Shown: positions 1 to 12,000 of the stretch, one piece after another
Layout of the letters: every line of letters begins with the position of its first letter
How positions within the stretch are numbered: position 1 is the first letter of the stretch
Assembly: GCF_009914755.1 (NCBI RefSeq)
Contig: NC_060927.1
DNA: 64,000 bases
Source: the human T2T-CHM13v2.0 reference genome, Homo sapiens
Direction: 5' to 3' (one strand)
Made by a program: the position numbers and the translations under genes
Notes under the pieces: generated by a model
What the model was told of the DNA's origin: nothing
Seen by the model: only the letters and a program-made list of their open reading frames with translations
The model's database searches: none

Positions 1-187
1 ATTATGTTGTTTGTAATTAGAACAAATAAAAAATTTATACTCGCCTTCTCCTGTTCTCTCTTTTTGGTCACCCCCAAGACAGATAGATCTGTGTCCCTTC
101 CTTTTTTTCTGCTTGTTTGTGCCTTACTCAGAGATGTAGTATAAAGGACAGAAATAGAGAATGGGAATGACTGTAGGTATCTTAGAG

Positions 188-1552
188 CAGAGGTTCTCAA
201 ACATTTTAGTCTTAGGGTCTCTTTACACTCTGAAACATTGTTGAGGACTCCAATAACATTTATTTGGATTATATCTATGAATATTTACCTTATTAATTAA
301 AACGAAATTTTGAAATCTTCATGAATTCATTTAATAACAATAAACCCAAAATATGGTAACATAAATAGTATCTTTGATATGAAAAATAACTGTGTTTTCC
401 AAAACAAACTTAGTGAGAAAAGTGGCCTATTTTCCTTTTTTGCAAATCTCTAATGTCTGGTTTAATAGAAGATGGCTGGATTCTCATATCTGCTTCTTCA
501 TTCAATCCACTGAGATAAATTGTTTTGATTGAAGTTTGTGAAGCAAATCTGGCTTTACACAGATAAGTGTTTTAGTAACCCTTTTCAGGTAATTATGTCT
601 TTTGTATTACACCAAAAATTGATTGTGTTAATTTCTTGAAGTTCTGTTTTAATATGGTTTTTGAAACCATATGGATGACCTTTGGTACTCCATTATGTTA
701 AAATCTATTGGTCTGACTTACACTCTGAGTGGATCTTTACCCACGCATGGTTTTGTGACATTTTGCATTGGCCATTTGGAAAATATTGGCTCACTGAGTT
801 AGGCATATCTTTCTAATGTTAACACCCTTCATTATATATCAAAAATTCATGTTTGTTAATGTCACCGATGATCTCGGAAGTTTTTAAGTATTCAGAAGCT
901 ATCATTCTCATGGTGGCAATACAAATTATCTAAAATTCAAATTTTTGCTTGCAAGCTTGAATTTTATCATCAGCAATGAATACTCTTTTCCTTGAAATGG
1001 AAGGATCCCTTCATTTTCAAGAAAAGGTTTTCCAGATACTCAAGTCTGCATAATTATAGTGAGTTTTTAAAATAAAATAATGTTTCATAATAAAAGCAGC
1101 TAATTCAAGTTGCAATTCAGTTACACAAATGCTTGTTCTTGAAATAACCAGCGTTCTTCAATATATGGCAGAAGTTATGTGTATCTCTCATTTCATAAGA
1201 ATATTAAAAAGATGTGTATGTACTCGAGTGGAAATTTAGTAAAATTTATGATTTTTACTGCTTTATTGAGGACATTCTTAATTGAAATTGCTTTTTTTTT
1301 TAAACTGTGACTGTATGGCAGTGAGGGATACAGTGACTACTAAGTATAATTTGGTGCCTCTGCCTTGATTTGTGCTAAGGTGCCAGCAGTTTTGTCCACT
1401 ATTACTTTTGCACCATCAGTGCAAAAGTCAGCACAATGAAAAAGGTAAATAATGTTTTAGTGTTACAGTGAATATAGTTTTGACTTCTTGAGTCCCCTGA
1501 AAGTGTTGTAGAGATCCCCAAGGGTCTACAGGCCTCATTTTGAAAATCGCTG
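188..1552. mobile_element. hAT-Charlie DNA transposon remnant (Charlie1a-like), near full length
   Basis: Imperfect TIRs cagaggttctcaaa (188) and tttgaaaatcgctg (1552). Both flanks have a TAGA-containing hAT-like target. Internal sequence resembles the recalled Charlie1a consensus. Confidence 0.75.
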
Positions 1553-2072
1553 CTACTAGAATGTAAGCTTCTATAGGGAAAGGATTTTTTTTTTCTTGTT
1601 TATTGATGTATTGCTTATATGCTATCAGTCTGGGATGTCTTTCGTATCTTCAGTATAAGATTACTTATATTTTGAATCTGGGTTGTCTGTTGTGATACTC
1701 TTCTTTTCATGGAGCACACTGTCGAGTAACTTCATGAAAAGGGGAGAGTGTGGGGTATAATTTTGAGACCTTACATGTCTGAAAATGTCTTTATTCTAAT
1801 CTCGTAGCAGAACAGTGATTTGGCTGGATAGAGATTCTAGGTTGAGATTCGTTTTCTCAGCATTTTAAAGGCTAGTCTCCGTTGTTTTCTGTGTTGTGAA
1901 AACCCATATGCCTTTTATTGTGCTACCCATATTTTTTTATCTTTAGAAATTTCTAGGCTCTTCTGTATATTCCTGGTGTCTAAAGTTTTTATGAGATATA
2001 CTGGGTATGTCTTTTTAGAAAAATCATTGTCCCAGGGACTTAGGGCAATTCATCTTTCAATTCTGGAACTTT

Positions 2073-2367
<295 letters not shown>

Positions 2368-2395
2368 TAATTTTTTTTTGTCCCTTTTCTCCTGT

Positions 2396-2545
2396 TAAGA
2401 CAGGATCTCACCCTATCACCCAGGCTGGGGGTGCAGTGGTGGGATTATACCTCACTAGAGCTTTGAACTCCTGGGGTCAAGGTGTCCTCCCATTTCAGCG
2501 TTCAGAGTAACTGGGACTACCGGCTTATGCCATTATGCTGAGCTT
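2396..2545 (-). mobile_element. Alu monomer (FLAM/FRAM-like)
   Basis: Diverged antisense Alu monomer. Confidence 0.75.
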
Positions 2546-2699
2546 TTCTATTCTTTTTTTTTTATAGAATGCGTATCTGGTGCATTTTGGACTTCCAGAT
2601 TGATCCTCTTCTGTTTGTAAAATGTCTGTCTCTTTTTCTTTCTTTCTTTCTTTTTTTGAGTCCTTTAACCTCTTTTCCAACCTTATTGTTTTTGTTGTC

Positions 2700-2990
2700 T
2701 GTTTTTTTGAGGCTGGGTCTCGCTCTGTCTCCCAGGCTGGAATGCAGTGGCACAATGTTGGCTCACTGTAGCCTCGCCCACTTGGGCTCCGGTGATCCTC
2801 CTGCCTCAGTCTCCTGAGTAGCTGGTACTACAAGTATGCATCACCACGTCCAGCTAATTTTTGTATTTTTTGTGGAGACCAGTTTTCACCATGTTGGCGG
2901 GGCTGGTCTCAAACTCCTGGACTCAAGTGATCTGTTTGCCTTGGCTGCCCAAAGTGCTGGGATTACAGGCGTGAGCCACCGTGCCTGGCC
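2700..2990 (-). mobile_element. Alu
   Basis: T-rich tail followed by an antisense Alu dimer. Confidence 0.9.
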
Positions 2991-3143
2991 TTAATTTTAA
3001 ATTTTTTTAGAGACAAGATCTTGCTCTGTCACTCAGGCGGGAGTGCAGCGGTGCAGTCATATCTTTTGGACTCAAGGGATACTCCCACCTCAGCTTCCTG
3101 AATAGCTAGTACTAGAGGCATGTGCCACCATGCCTAGCTAAGT
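2958..3143 (+). repeat. Copy A of a 186-bp direct duplication (copy B at 8023-8208)
   Basis: Manual alignment: ungapped, offset 5065, 2 mismatches (3046c/8111t; 3081a/8146c). Confidence 0.95.
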
Positions 3144-3151
3144 ACCTGGCC

Positions 3152-3154
<3 letters not shown>

Positions 3155-3216
<62 letters not shown>

Positions 3217-3222
3217 CGCGTG
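3155..3222. repeat. (TG)27(CG)6TG compound microsatellite
   Basis: Uninterrupted 68-bp purine/pyrimidine alternation, read directly. Confidence 0.98.
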
Positions 3223-4311
3223 GTTTTTTTAAATTGTCCTTTGTTAAAATTTTAAGCTATCTGTCCTATTCTCCAAATGTTCCTCCTAGTCTTGTTTGCT
3301 GGATCATCCTGTCATATGCATCTGAGGATATTAGCTGTTATTTTTGTTCTTGAAGTTTTCTTCTGTATGTTCTGGTTTACTATCATTTGCTTTTTTTCTT
3401 TCTGTTTTAGTTTCTGTCTTTTATGGTGAAGGCTTTCATCATGTTTGCTTATATTTTGTTGTATATTCAGCAAAAAGTTAACAGAAAAAATGTTTACAGA
3501 AAAATGTTATAAATACAGTTGTAACCTGTATTTAAGGTTTGGACTTGTCAACTAGTAGGCTTCATTATAGGGTGATTGGGTGGGGGCCTCCCCTTTTTGG
3601 GGGGAACCCTCAAATGCTTATATATCTTTTCTTAGGTGTTGTTCAGTTTTTGCAGATATTCAAGAATCCTCTTGAGGATAGCACACAGAGGGCTATGACT
3701 TTTCTATTTGATTATAGACTTTAACTTAACTTAATCTCTTTAACTTTTAGTTTGGCATCTCTGTCTTTTTTTACTGTGTCCTTGGACCTGGTGCTTCTTT
3801 GATTCATTTTTCTCCCCAAAATAAACGTTCTCTCCTCTGAGGATTGGGGAAGAGTATCACCTGGCTGGGTAGAATGGAGGGACTCAGGGACACTATTACA
3901 TAAATTCAATCAATTTTTGTTTTGTTTTTAGCCTCATGGCCTCATTGTGCCTGCTCTGGTATCTGGTGTCTTAAATTCCTGATCCTGTCTGATTTTTGCT
4001 ATGTGAATTTGCTTTTCTCTTGCTGGAATTCTCTACAGTTGCCTGATAATAAGTTTTCTTAGCTCTAAATTCTCCATGTGTTTTTCACTTGCCAAAAGTT
4101 TGTTGACATATCTCATGTTCCTGTTGTTTTCTAGTCTCTATCCTTTCAAATTTATACTTTTTAATTTCTTTAATCTTATTTTGGTATTTTTTAAAACAAG
4201 ATAGCAAGATAGTAAAAGCTCATCTTAATTTAAATGGTTATTTGTTTGTGAGGAACATTCTTAAATGATTAAAGGTAAAAACAAGAAAGGAATTAAAAGC
4301 CAAGAAATGAA

Positions 4312-4419
4312 ATTATTATCATTCAATTGTGTACATATTTCTTAACATGGATATAAGTATATGTGTGTGTGTATAATATACACACATACATATGTGGGTA
4401 TCTATTTGATATATATAAT
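4312..4419 (+). repeat. Copy 1 of a diverged ~105-bp local duplication (copy 2 at 6008-6111)
   Basis: Perfect 23-mer tcaattgtgtacatatttcttaa at 4323 and 6019, with similarity continuing on both sides. Confidence 0.85.
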
Positions 4420-4575
4420 GGATATATGTATATATTTTATGTATAAATGGATATGGACACATGTGAATATGTGTATGTACAGATATACCTTATATACATC
4501 TGAATTATGTTTGTATTTAAATGTATGTTTGTATTTACATATATATACATGTTGTATATATTTATAATTTCATAG

Positions 4576-4875
<300 letters not shown>

Positions 4876-5207
4876 ACTTTCATAGTCATTTTAAAGCTGG
4901 AAAGTGTCGTGGTAATCTTTTACCTATTGTAGTTTCATTTTTTAAATGAGGAAACTGGCTTAGATATGTAAGTGATTTACTGAAATCTTCAAAACCAAGT
5001 CTTCCCAGTGTTTTGTTAAACTAAAATCTTAGACATGTGAGCAACTTGGACGTTCAGAGCTACATTTAAAATCCTTAATTCTGGCTCTAGGTAAATAGCT
5101 TAAAGTTTTGATTTGAGTCCTAAGAGATTTTTTCAACTGGTATTGTATTGGAATCAGGGAGGGGCTGGCTCACCTGATGCTTCTGAAAGCAAAGCAGTAA
5201 TTTAACA

Positions 5208-5504
5208 TATTATAAGTTGGCACAAAAGTAATTGTGGTTTTTGCCATTACTTTTAATGGAATGTATTAATTATTAAATATATAAATAATATAGAATTAAT
5301 ATATTAATATTAATATATTAAATATACAGTTAATATTAAGTATTATATAGTTAATATTTAATATATAATATATTTAATGTTAAACATACTATACATAATA
5401 TATATTTAATATATTAAATAGATAATATATATTTTATATATATATAAATATATTCCATTAAAAGTCATGGTAAAAACTGCAATTACTTTTGCACCAACAT
5501 AATA
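5208..5504. mobile_element. Two inverted MADE1 (Hsmar1 mariner MITE) arms enclosing a ~190-bp AT-rich tract
   Basis: 5208-5262 ...gttggcacaaaagtaattgtggtttttgccattacttttaatggaat; 5452-5504 is its near reverse complement; matches the Hsmar1 TIR motif. Confidence 0.85.
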
Positions 5505-6607
5505 CTTTGTTTATAGTGACGGTATTTAACTTATTTTGAATAAATATTAAAGATGATGTGAGCTTTTATTTATCCTAAGTGATTACAACGAATGGATCTT
5601 GTTTTTATATGACTTTGAAAGATAACTAATAACTATTTTAATAAAAAATAGTATTGCATATGAGAATCTAAAGGTTAAAGTAAGACAACTAAGCTTCTTG
5701 TCAGCAAAGTTAATTCCTAAATATGAAAGCCTTAGGTTCTATTTGTTTTTTCTGTTGTATACTAAATGTCCGTGTTACCATAACTATATAGAAATAGTTT
5801 GAAAAACTATATTTTATATTATGAAAATTATATTGCATCATTTAAATACTAATTTTCATATGTACATATTTTCTTAAATTATCTCAATGGATACCACTAT
5901 AATAATGCTGTGATGAATATTTTCATGAATATATCCTTTAGAAAAATTTTTTCAGATGTATTTGTAGAAGTAGGATTTCTCTGTCAAAAAAGCATCAACA
6001 TTTTTAGATTATTATTACTCAATTGTGTACATATTTCTTAATGTGGATATAAATATATATGTTTGTGTGTAATATACACATACAAATGTGGATGTCTGTT
6101 ATAGATATAATATCTATTATATCTGCTTAATTTATTGTTTTATTGCTTTCTAAAAAGATTATTCTACCACCTTATAGAGATACTAGCAGTGTGTGAAGAG
6201 CTGACTGATTTCTCAATAACCTCATCAACTTTAGTACTTTAGTTAATATTGTCTCCCCTGAGTTTCACAAGTGAAATGATGATTATAGTTCATTGTTTCA
6301 GTTTGTACTTTGTTGATGACTAATGAGGTTTTAGCTATTTAAAGATGTAGAATTTTCTGTTAGAAAAAAAATTCAACTCTAAGATAGTAAAATATATTTT
6401 GTCATTAGGGAATGTGAGAATAAAGGAATAGTTGGTTGATTACTAAAGAAAATGTCATATAATTAATGAGAAATATAACTTAAAATATCAGATAATTGGT
6501 ATAAAGAACTGCTCTCAGTCTTGTCAAGAAGCCAGGCACATAAACAATTTTACTTTGAATAAGACTTTTAAAAATTTTACAAAGTTTTATAAAAAGTAGT
6601 ACATTGA

Positions 6608-6782
6608 GGCCAGAAATGGTGGCTCATGCCTGTAGTCCCAGCACTTTGGAAGGCTTGGGGGAAGGATCGCTGGAGCCCAGGACTTCCAGGTTGCAGTGAG
6701 CAATGATTGTACCACTACACTCCAGCCTGGGATACAGAGGGAGACCCCATCTCTAAAATAAATAAATAAATGAAATAAAAAA
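6608..6782 (+). mobile_element. Alu monomer (FRAM/AluJ-like), sense orientation
   Basis: ggccagaaatggtggctcatgcctgtagtcccagc...ccagcctggg...A-rich tail; ends ~70 nt upstream of the exon acceptor. Confidence 0.85.
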
Positions 6783-6853
6783 TTAATATATTGCATTTCA
6801 TCCATTGTGCCACCATGTTAGAAATAATATTCTTCAAATTTATGCTTATAGAA

Positions 6854-7047
6854 ATGGGACGTCGGTCATCAGATACTGAAGAAGAAAGCAGAAGCAAGAG
6901 AAAAAAGAAACACCGTAGACGGTCCTCCTCGAGCAGTTCTTCAGATAGTAGAACATACAGCCGAAAGAAAGGAGGAAGGAAATCAAGATCAAAGTCAAGA
7001 TCTTGGTCCAGAGATCTTCAGCCTCGTTCACATTCTTATGATAGAAG
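6854..7047 (+). CDS. RSRC1: RSRC1 first coding exon (exon 6852-7047, ATG at 6854); N-terminal RS-rich region [26 protein letters not shown]...HSYDR
   Basis: Acceptor tag| at 6849-6851, donor AAG|gtgatt at 7048, phase 2. Translation matches the recalled N-terminus of human RSRC1/SRrp53. Confidence 0.95.
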
Positions 7048-7335
7048 GTGATTTTTGTAATTTTTATTTATATAGTAATGAGGATAACATTCTTTAAAAT
7101 TCATGTTTTTGTATTTTTAATTTTGCTAGATAAAACATTTTTCTTTTACTAGCTATATATTTATGAAAGTCCCAACCCAGAGTTTTTTTGTTCCACCAGG
7201 TCCAGTCCGTGGGTCTAGTGTCCTCAACCTTTGTCTGTTCTTAGTAGGCAAATAGATAGAAAGTGGTGTAGTTTCCTTTTTTAATTTAATTTAATTTTTT
7301 TTCTAGTGCATTTATTTATTTATTTTTCTAATGAA

Positions 7336-7781
7336 TTATTTTTTATTTTATTATACTTTAAGTTCTAGTACACAACATGCAGGTTTGTTACATATGTATA
7401 CATGTGCCATGTTGGTGTGCTGCATCTGTTAACTCGTCATTTACATTAGGTATATCTCCTAATGCTATCCCTCCCCTAGCCCCCCACCCCATGACAGGCC
7501 CCAGTGTGTGATGTTCCCCTTCCTGTGTCCAAGAGTTCTCATTGTTCAATTCCCACCTATGAATGAGAACATGCGGTGTTTGGTTTTTTGTCCTTGCGAT
7601 AGTTTGCTGAGAATGATGGTTTCCAGCTTCATCTATGTGCCTACAAAGGATGTGAACTCATCCTTTTTTATGGCTGTGTAGTATTCCATGGTGTATATGT
7701 GCCACATTTTCTTAATCCAGTCTGTCATTGATGGACATTTGAGTTGGTTCCAAGCCTTTGCTATTGTGAACAGTGCTGCAA
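7336..7781 (-). mobile_element. L1PA 3' fragment (5'-truncated)
   Basis: Antisense L1 3'UTR/ORF2 end (ttattatactttaagttctag...), joined directly to a tail-less Alu. Confidence 0.9.
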
Positions 7782-8055
7782 CGGAGTTTTGCTCTTGTTG
7801 TCCAGGCTGGAGTACAATGGCGTGATCTCAGCTCACTGCAGCCTCTGCCTCCCAGGTTCAAGCAGTTCTTCTCAGCCTTCCAAGTAGCCGGGATTCCAGG
7901 CATGCACCACTATGCCCAGCTAGTTTTGTATTTTTAGTAGAGACAGGGTTTCACCATGTTGGTCAGGCTGGTCTTGAACTCCTGACCTCAGGTGATCTGC
8001 CCTCCTCAGCCTCCCAAAATGTTGGGATTACAGGCGTGAGCCACCGTGCCTGGCC
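7782..8055 (-). mobile_element. AluS lacking an adjacent tail
   Basis: Antisense Alu body acggagttttgctcttgttg...cctggcc. Confidence 0.9.
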
Positions 8056-8066
8056 TTAATTTTAAA

Positions 8067-8346
8067 TTTTTTTAGAGACAAGATCTTGCTCTGTCACTCA
8101 GGCGGGAGTGTAGCGGTGCAGTCATATCTTTTGGACTCAAGGGATCCTCCCACCTCAGCTTCCTGAATAGCTAGTACTAGAGGCATGTGCCACCATGCCT
8201 AGCTAAGTTTTTTTATTTTTATTTTTTGTGGAGACTTGGCCTTGCTGTGTTGCCCAAGCTGGTATCGAATTCTTGGCCTCAAGCGATCCTCCTGCCTCGG
8301 CCTCCCAACATGTTGGGATTACAGGCATGAGCTACTGAGCCTGGCC
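8067..8346 (-). mobile_element. AluJ
   Basis: Complete antisense Alu dimer; its first half is part of duplication copy B. Confidence 0.9.
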
Positions 8347-8614
8347 TTGGTTTAGTTTTCATACCATATAATCTGATGATATTTGGAAAGATTCTAAGAC
8401 CCTTAATACCTTAATTAGTACTGATCCAATCACTAAGTTATGAACCAGTCATATGACTGTTCAAGAGAAATAACATTTTAATTTATCTCTATTTGCTTCC
8501 AGGAAACAGTGAGACAGTAAAAATCAGATGATTCTTTAGAATCTAGAAGGTTTTTCCTTAATGCTCATAATAAAAATTTTTATAGCAGTGATCTTTGATT
8601 ATATTTTATTTCAG

Positions 8615-8740
8615 ACGCAGGCATCGATCAAGCAGTAGCTCTTCTTATGGCTCCAGAAGGAAACGAAGTCGAAGTCGTTCAAGGGGTCGAGGGAAATCCT
8701 ATAGAGTTCAGAGGTCTAGGTCAAAAAGCAGAACAAGAAG
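8615..8740 (+). CDS. RSRC1: RSRC1 second coding exon (126 nt, phase 2-2): [42 protein letters not shown]
   Basis: Acceptor ttttatttcag| at 8614, donor AAG|gtatgc at 8741. Splices in frame with the upstream exon and continues the RS domain. Confidence 0.95.
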
Positions 8741-8754
8741 GTATGCCTTATTAA

Positions 8755-9030
8755 GTATTTATTGCTTTGTAACAAATTATTCCCAAATTCAGCGATGTAA
8801 AGCAACAATCATTTATTTTCTTATAATTATATAATTTTGATTGAGCTTAGCTGGCACTTATTTTTTTCTCACCTGGGGTCATTCATGCAGTTAGTCATCT
8901 GATAGCTTGATTGGAACTGGATGGTCTAATGTGGCCTCACTCATATATCTTGCATTTGGTTCTGGCTATTGGCCGGGGTGTACGTGGCTTCTCATTGTCC
9001 AGTAGGCTAGATTGGGTTTCTTTTTTTCAG
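8755..9030. mobile_element. MaLR LTR fragment (MLT1 family)
   Basis: ttattgctttgtaacaaattattcccaaa...ggaactggatggtctaatgtggcctcactcata resembles MLT1 LTRs. Confidence 0.6.
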
Positions 9031-9064
9031 CCCGGTGGTGGTAGCACGTGCGTTCCCCAGACAT

Positions 9065-12000
9065 GAGTTTACTAGTATTTTGTTAAGGATTTTTGCGTCA
9101 GTATTCATCAGGGACTTATGGCTTGCAGTTTTCTTGTAATATATTTGTCTGGCATTGGTATCAGAGTAATGCTGGCCTGATAAAATGAGTTTGGAAGTAC
9201 TCCCTCCTTTTCAGTTTTTTTGGAAGATTTTGAAAAGGATTGACATTAATTTCTTTTTAAATGTTTGGTGGAATTCTGCAGTGAAGCTATCTGCTCCTGG
9301 GCTTTTCTTTGTTAGAAGGTTTTTGCTTACTGATTCAATCTCCTTGTTAGTTATACGTCTGTTAAGATTTTCTCTTCCTTCATGATTCAGTCTTGGTAGG
9401 TGGTATGTTTCTAGGAATTTATCCACTTTTTCTAGGTTATCCAGTTTATTAGCATTCTTAGTAGTCTTTTATAATCCTTTCAATGTTTGTGGCATCAACT
9501 GTAATGTCTGCTGTTTCATTTCTGATTTTAGTTATTACGCTTCTGGTATTTTTTCTTTTTCTTTCTTTCTTTTTTTTTTTTTTGGAGGTGAGGTGTTGCT
9601 CTGTCACCTAGGCTTGGGTGTATTGGTGCAGTCAGCTCACTGCAGCCTCAAACTCCTGGGCTCAATGATCTTCTCACCTCAGTCTCCTAAGTGGCTAGAA
9701 ATACAAGCATACACCACCAGGCCTGGCTGACTTTTTAAAATATGTTTTGTAGAAATCAGTCTTACCATATTGCCCAGGCTAGTCTCCAACTCCTGGTGTC
9801 AACTGGTCCTCCCACCTTATCCTTCCAAAGTGCTGGCATTATAGGTATGATCTACCTTGCCCGGCCTCATTTTTTCTTAATCTAACTAAGTACTTGTTAA
9901 TTTTGTTGTTGTTTTTCAAAAAACTCTTAGTTTTGTTGATTTTTTTCTAAAGTCTTTCTGTTCTCTATTTTATTTATTTTTTTCTCTAATCATTTTTATT
10001 TTCTTTCTTTGGATAATTTTTGGTTTAATTTGTTCTTTATTTAGTTCCTTGAAGTATTAAGTATGATATGAGACTTTTCTTTTTTTCTTAAATGTAGGTG
10101 TTCATGCTAAAACTTTCCTTTCAGTATTGCTTTTGCTGTTTCTCTTAAGTTTTACTATGTGTGTTTGTGTTTTCATTTGTTTAAAGGTATTTTCTAATTT
10201 CTCTTATGATTTCTTCTTTGGTGTATTTGGTTGTTCAAGAGTGTGTAGTTTAATTTCTACATATTTGTGGATTTTCTGATTTTTCTACTGCTATTGATGT
10301 CTAGTTTCATTTCTTTGTGTTTCGAAAAGATACTTGCTATGATTTCGGTCTTATTAAATTTGTTAAGACTTGTTTTGTGGCCTAACATGAAATCTGTCGT
10401 GGAGAATGTTCCATGTACACTTGAGAAGAATGCATATTTTGCTGCTGTTGTGTGGAGTGTTCTGTGTATTTATGTTAGGTCTAATTCATCTGTAGTGTTG
10501 TTCAGGTCCTCTTATGTCTTATTTTTCTGTCCATTATTGAAAGTGGATTATTGAAATACCCTACTATTACTATGTTACTAAATACTTCTCCCTTCCATTC
10601 TGGCAATGTTTACTTTATATATTTGAGTGCTCTGGTGTTAGGTGCATATATATATAATTGTTATATATTCCAGAATAATGACCCATTTATCATTATATAA
10701 TTTTCTTTTTTTCTTGTGACAGTCTTTGACTTAAAGTCTATTTTGTCTTGTGTAAGTATGGCCACTTCTGCTCTTTTTTTGTACCATTTGTATGGATTAT
10801 CTTTTTCATCTTTTTCAGTATATGTGTGTCTTTACATCTAAGGCACATCTTTTGTAAACAGCATATACTGTAATTGTATTTTGTGTGTATGAGTGTGTGT
10901 TTTGAAAAATTCATTCAGCTACTTTTGTGTGTTTTGTTTGGGGAGTTTAATCCAGTTACATTTACAATAATTACTGATGGGGAAGGACTTACTGTTGCCA
11001 TTTTGTTGATTGTTTTTTGCCTTATAGCTATTTTGTCTCTCATGTCTCCTGCTGCCTTCCTTTTTGTTTTGTTGATTTTTGTATTGACATGCTATGATTT
11101 TTTTTCTGATTTTATTTTGTATATGTTCTATAGGTATTTTCTTTGTGGTTGCCATGAGGCTTACACAAAACATTGTCTTTTAAGTTGGTAATAACCTTTG
11201 ACTTTATACAAAAATACTGCTCTTGTATGTTTCTCCACTTCTATTTTATGTTATTGATATCACAGTTTACATCTTATTGTATCCATTAATATAGCTTATA
11301 GTTAGTTATTTTTTATACTGTCATCTTTTCAATTCTATATCTGAATTAAAAATGTTTTACATACCACCATTACAGTGTTAGTGTACTCTGTACTTGTGTA
11401 TATATTTACCTTTACCAGTGAGCTTTATGTTTTCATGTACTTTTGTGTTGCTGTCTAGTGTCGTTTCATTTCCACTTGCAGGACTCCTCTTAGTATTTCT
11501 TGTAAGGCAGGTCTGGTAGTGAAGAACTCCCTTAGCTTTTGTTTATCTGGGAAAGATTTGATTTGTCTTTTGTTCTTGTAGAACAATTTTGCTTGATATA
11601 GTGTTCTTGATTGACAGGGTTTTTTTTGTTTTTGTTTTTGTTTTTGTTTTTTGCTTTCAGCACTTTGAATATATCACCTGATTCCTTTCTGGCTTGTAAT
11701 GTTTCCTCTGCAAAATTGCTGAAATCTTATGAAAGCTCCCTTGTGTATGACGATTTACTTTTCTCTTGCTGCTTTCAAGATTCTCTCTTTGCCTTTAACT
11801 TTTGTTAATTTGATTATAATGTGTCTATGTGGGCCTCTTTTACTTCACTCTTGAAGTGAAAGGATGAAGTCTTTTGAACTTCTTAAATTTGGGTGCCTAT
11901 TTGTTTTCTCAGATTTGGGAATTTTTTAGCCATTATGTCTTCAAATAAGCTCTCTGTTCATTTCTGTTTCTTCTTCTTAACTCCACAGTAAACTCTCTGT

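Noticed and set aside
6791-6853. N-terminal extension of the RSRC1 ORF in the ORF track (MHFIHC...)
   Set aside because: It lies upstream of the splice acceptor at 6851 and is intronic; the true start is ATG 6854.
8741-8834. ORF read-through past exon 3 (YALLSIYC...)
   Set aside because: A canonical donor at 8741 explains the loss of RS composition; the rest is intronic MLT1 sequence.
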